Source: Octopus bimaculoides
Lineage: Eukaryota
Direction: 5' to 3'
Length of the DNA: 35,673 nucleotides
NCBI RefSeq assembly: GCF_001194135.2
Contig: NC_069004.1
Span: 26,662,756-26,698,428 of the forward strand
The notes below the pieces were generated by a model. That model was given only the letters and a program-made list of their open reading frames with translations. It did not search any database and was not told where the DNA came from. Position 1 is the first letter of the stretch. Each line of letters starts with the position of its first letter. Position numbers and translations under genes: made by a program. Positions 33,566 through 35,673 of this stretch are shown piece by piece.

Positions 33566-33613
33566 CATATATTAAAGTACCCCAGTTTTCATATATTAAA
33601 GTACCCCAGTTTT
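33566..33613 (+). repeat. 24-bp perfect tandem duplication (CATATATTAAAGTACCCCAGTTTT x2)
   Basis: Direct. Confidence 0.95.
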
Positions 33614-34569
33614 AAGGTTTAAGTTTATTTATATATCCTTTTTCCTCTGCATAGGCATAAAATCCCTTTCTCACTTGTAACTGAATTTCATAATTAATAT
33701 ATCCTTCTCAGCTTTCTGTTTTAACCCCGACCCTTAAGGTTTGTGGCCTCTTCTTGTTTCTATACCTTATGCCCCTTTTATTTGATAATCTAAATATATC
33801 TTACCACCCCTTCCGCCCTCACTCTAGCTTTCACTTCCCTCTCCTTCTGTCACCTTCTTATTAGCAGGTCTCTGACCTGACGTTTTGTGGATTAGGCAAG
33901 AGTTTTGGTCTCAGTAAAATAAGGGGTCGGAAGTGGGAGGGTTTATCTGACATTTGATTAATTTATCACCACCAGCAGGAACTTAACTGTCAACTCCCAT
34001 TGAGCTTAATTGTTAAGAGTTGGAGACAATATGCTGCAAATCATCTTAGAAATTTGATAATGATGAAATATCTCTCTTTTCCTCATTCTTGACTCCCACT
34101 ATCCCCCTGTGTTACTCTAAGTCATAATAGGCAATAGGTAGGCATTATTTACTAAATGTCTTTTTGCCATGGAAATAGCAAAGAGAAACAATGTAATTAT
34201 TTCAGTTGCTGGAACTGATATAAGCTGCACTAAAAAGATGCTTTATCCTTTTTGTTGGAAATCTATATGGCTGGTTGCGACCGAGGAGAGCAGTTTATTT
34301 CATATTGCTGTAATGTTTTCATTGATCGAGTAAATGGAGCCGCTAGAAACGGCCGTAATGCACTGATACCTGGTAATCCTTGTAACTCTAATTAAAGGCT
34401 TTTCATTTAAAACATCGTAAGATAAATCTTTTCAAATGTAAATCAAGTAGAAGTATACAAAAATAAACATTATTTTCTGCTTTATTGTTAGTTTTGTTTT
34501 ATTTTGAAAAATAGAAATTTTATCTTATGGATTATTAACGTTTATATTTTGAATTACATATATATGGAG

Positions 34570-34623
34570 GTAGCGAAATGTTTTAAGTGCCTAGGGAGTC
34601 TAAGGGTCTTAATCCAGCCATGC
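34570..34623 (-). mobile_element. Possible single terminus of a CAGGGCCGGATTAAG-type MITE
   Basis: rc CATGGCTGGATTAAGACCCTTAGACTCCCTAGGCACTTAAAAC; no partner end found. Confidence 0.35.
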
Positions 34624-35334
34624 CCTACACACATTACGTTATCTCGTAAGGAAAGATTTTGATCCTATTTCCGCTAATCCAGAGATGATCTGGTACGAAA
34701 CAAGAAGAAGAATAGTAAAGTCAAGTCAAATAGTTCCCAAAGCACTTTAAATATTTTCGAATATGTCCCACCCGTCATAGTTTTAGGCTTTGTCTAAATA
34801 CCCGGATCCCGACCAGTCGGCTATAGAATTAGACAATTTGATGTAAGAGCGCTGTAGTTTCTTTGAAGCATTGTAATATCGACGTAGGGCAATACGGGAA
34901 AATAGGAAAGCCTCTCAAAGGCTCATCTTCAGAAGAAAATTAGTCTGGGAAATATCTAGTCACACAAGTTCCGTTATCCCATTCAAATCTCTCTCTATAA
35001 TTAGACATTTCCCAAACTGTTTTTCTTCTGAGAATGGACCTTTGCGCCTGTAATATAAAGATTTTGTGAAAATTTCCCTATTGATGTTGCTACGGCATAA
35101 ATATTTCAATAGTTTTGGTAATCCTGGTGGAACTCATCCCCACGCCGAGATATGAGGGCTGTTGACCCTCAAGGAGCTCATCCACCTCTGGTGGGTTTTG
35201 CTGAAGGAAACACATATATTTCTCACTTGCAAAGCCAGTAGGGAGAAGGGTTGGTTTAATCGCCAGCAAGTACTCGGCCGTAAGTGGATAGTAGTGAATA
35301 ACATCAGCCCGCGATGGAATTGCTCTTTAACAGC

Positions 35335-35520
35335 TAACAACAACAACAACGACAACAACAACAAAATCAACATCAATAACCACAAAATTATCGACAAGAA
35401 AACAGCAACAAAAAGCAAGTACGAAAGCAATGAAAGCAACATTAGCAATAACAACGACAGCAGATACGACACAAAGCAACAACAATAACAAGAATAACAT
35501 TGGCGAAAACAACACAAAGA
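35335..35520 (+). repeat. Degenerate (AAC)n tract
   Basis: Direct. Confidence 0.85.
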
Positions 35521-35639
35521 AAAATATATGCAGATAGACGATGATTAGAAACATTATACTATCGCTTGGTGCTGACTGAATGGTTTTAGTTGATAAACTA
35601 CGTCTAACGAAGTGAAAATATATACTTGTATATACATAC

Positions 35640-35673
<34 letters not shown>

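Noticed and set aside
32700-33720. Possible second degraded Penelope linker/GIY-YIG (minus strand KKVFPKHNTKVVVLKP)
   Set aside because: Too few conserved residues in very AT-rich sequence to support a call by eye.
1-35673. CRISPR array or prokaryotic operon-like system
   Set aside because: No regularly spaced repeats with unique spacers and no gene-dense coding; the sequence is clearly eukaryotic repeat-rich DNA.

Overview
Repeat-saturated, AT-rich animal genomic DNA with six assembly gaps, mostly bordered by (AT)n-rich tracts. It looks like an octopus (coleoid cephalopod) intronic or intergenic region; this is inferred from the microsatellite load and from SINE families I recognise from memory, and is not verified. 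I find no intact protein-coding gene and no confidently supported host exon. Almost all entries in the ORF track are microsatellite or N-gap artefacts. The window holds fossils of many mobile elements: two DD37D (maT-type) mariner copies, a near full-length Tc1-like element with DD36E-type spacing, a Chapaev-like (CMC) transposase, R4/Dong-like and RTE LINE fragments, a Penelope-like element (RT C-terminus plus GIY-YIG), and two tRNA-derived SINE families. The most interesting signal is a recurring degenerate minimal-hammerhead-like motif (GAAAC-self-complementary core-GUH). It occurs in a ~150-bp repeat family (4 copies), in an inverted segment beside the Penelope body, and in three unrelated long foldback palindromes, always reading outward from the palindrome centre. 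This suggests the palindromes are inverted Penelope pseudo-LTR pairs rather than DNA-transposon MITEs. That reading is a hypothesis from manual inspection; no searches or folding programs were run.
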